A DNA stretch of 64,000 nucleotides from Octopus vulgaris (taxonomy: Eukaryota), in NCBI GenBank assembly GCA_951406725.2, contig OX597820.1, positions 73,718,001 through 73,782,000 on the forward strand, read 5' to 3'. Below, one piece after another: positions 63,641-64,000 of this stretch. Positions within the stretch are counted from its first letter, which is position 1; every line of letters starts with the position of its first letter. The notes beneath the pieces were generated by a model. The model had not been told where the DNA came from. It made no database searches and worked only from the letters and a program-made list of their open reading frames with translations. The position numbers were made by a program, and so were the translations under genes.

Positions 63641-64000
63641 GTAAGTATCCTTTGATTTTTTTTTTTATTTGTTTCAGTCATTTGACTGCAGCTATGCTGG
63701 AGCACCGCTTTAGTTGAGCAAATTGACCCCAGGAATTATTCTTTGTAAGCTTAGTACTTATTCTATCAGACCCTTTTGCCAAACTGCTAAGTTATTGGTT
63801 GTCAAGCAATGTTGGGGAGACAAACACAGACTCACAAACACACACACACACATATACAATGGGCTTCTTTCAGTTTCCGTCTACCAAGTCCACTGACAAG
63901 GCTTTGGTTGACTCATGGTTATAGTAGAAAACACTTGCCCAAGGTGCCAAGCAGTAGGACTGAACCCAGAACCATGTGGTTGGTAAGCAAGCTACTTACC

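Overview
AT-rich, repeat-saturated eukaryotic DNA. The SINE/LINE families and (TA)n/(CAT)n tracts suggest an octopus genome (inference). The main content is one + strand gene split into seven small GT-AG exons (9386-9496, 14311-14439, 22386-22517, 30425-30485, 37139-37260, 54794-54919, 63482-63640). They splice in phase into 840 nt (280 codons) that align collinearly, as I recall the sequence, with the N-terminal armadillo region of TERB1/CCDC79, the meiotic telomere-bouquet protein. The start exon was not found and the gene runs off the right edge. The introns (4.8-17.5 kb) hold RTE-clade LINE remnants with a PHD finger embedded in ORF2, dozens of copies of that LINE's 3' UTR, tRNA-derived SINEs, a deleted mariner, Helitron/Helentron derivatives, hAT and pogo-like MITEs, fragments of R2/NeSL-like and I-group retrotransposons, a 26-bp minisatellite and several fold-back structures. 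Nearly all ORFs in the supplied track are spurious. I see no prokaryote-style system such as CRISPR or an operon. No alignments or searches were run; all homology calls are by eye.
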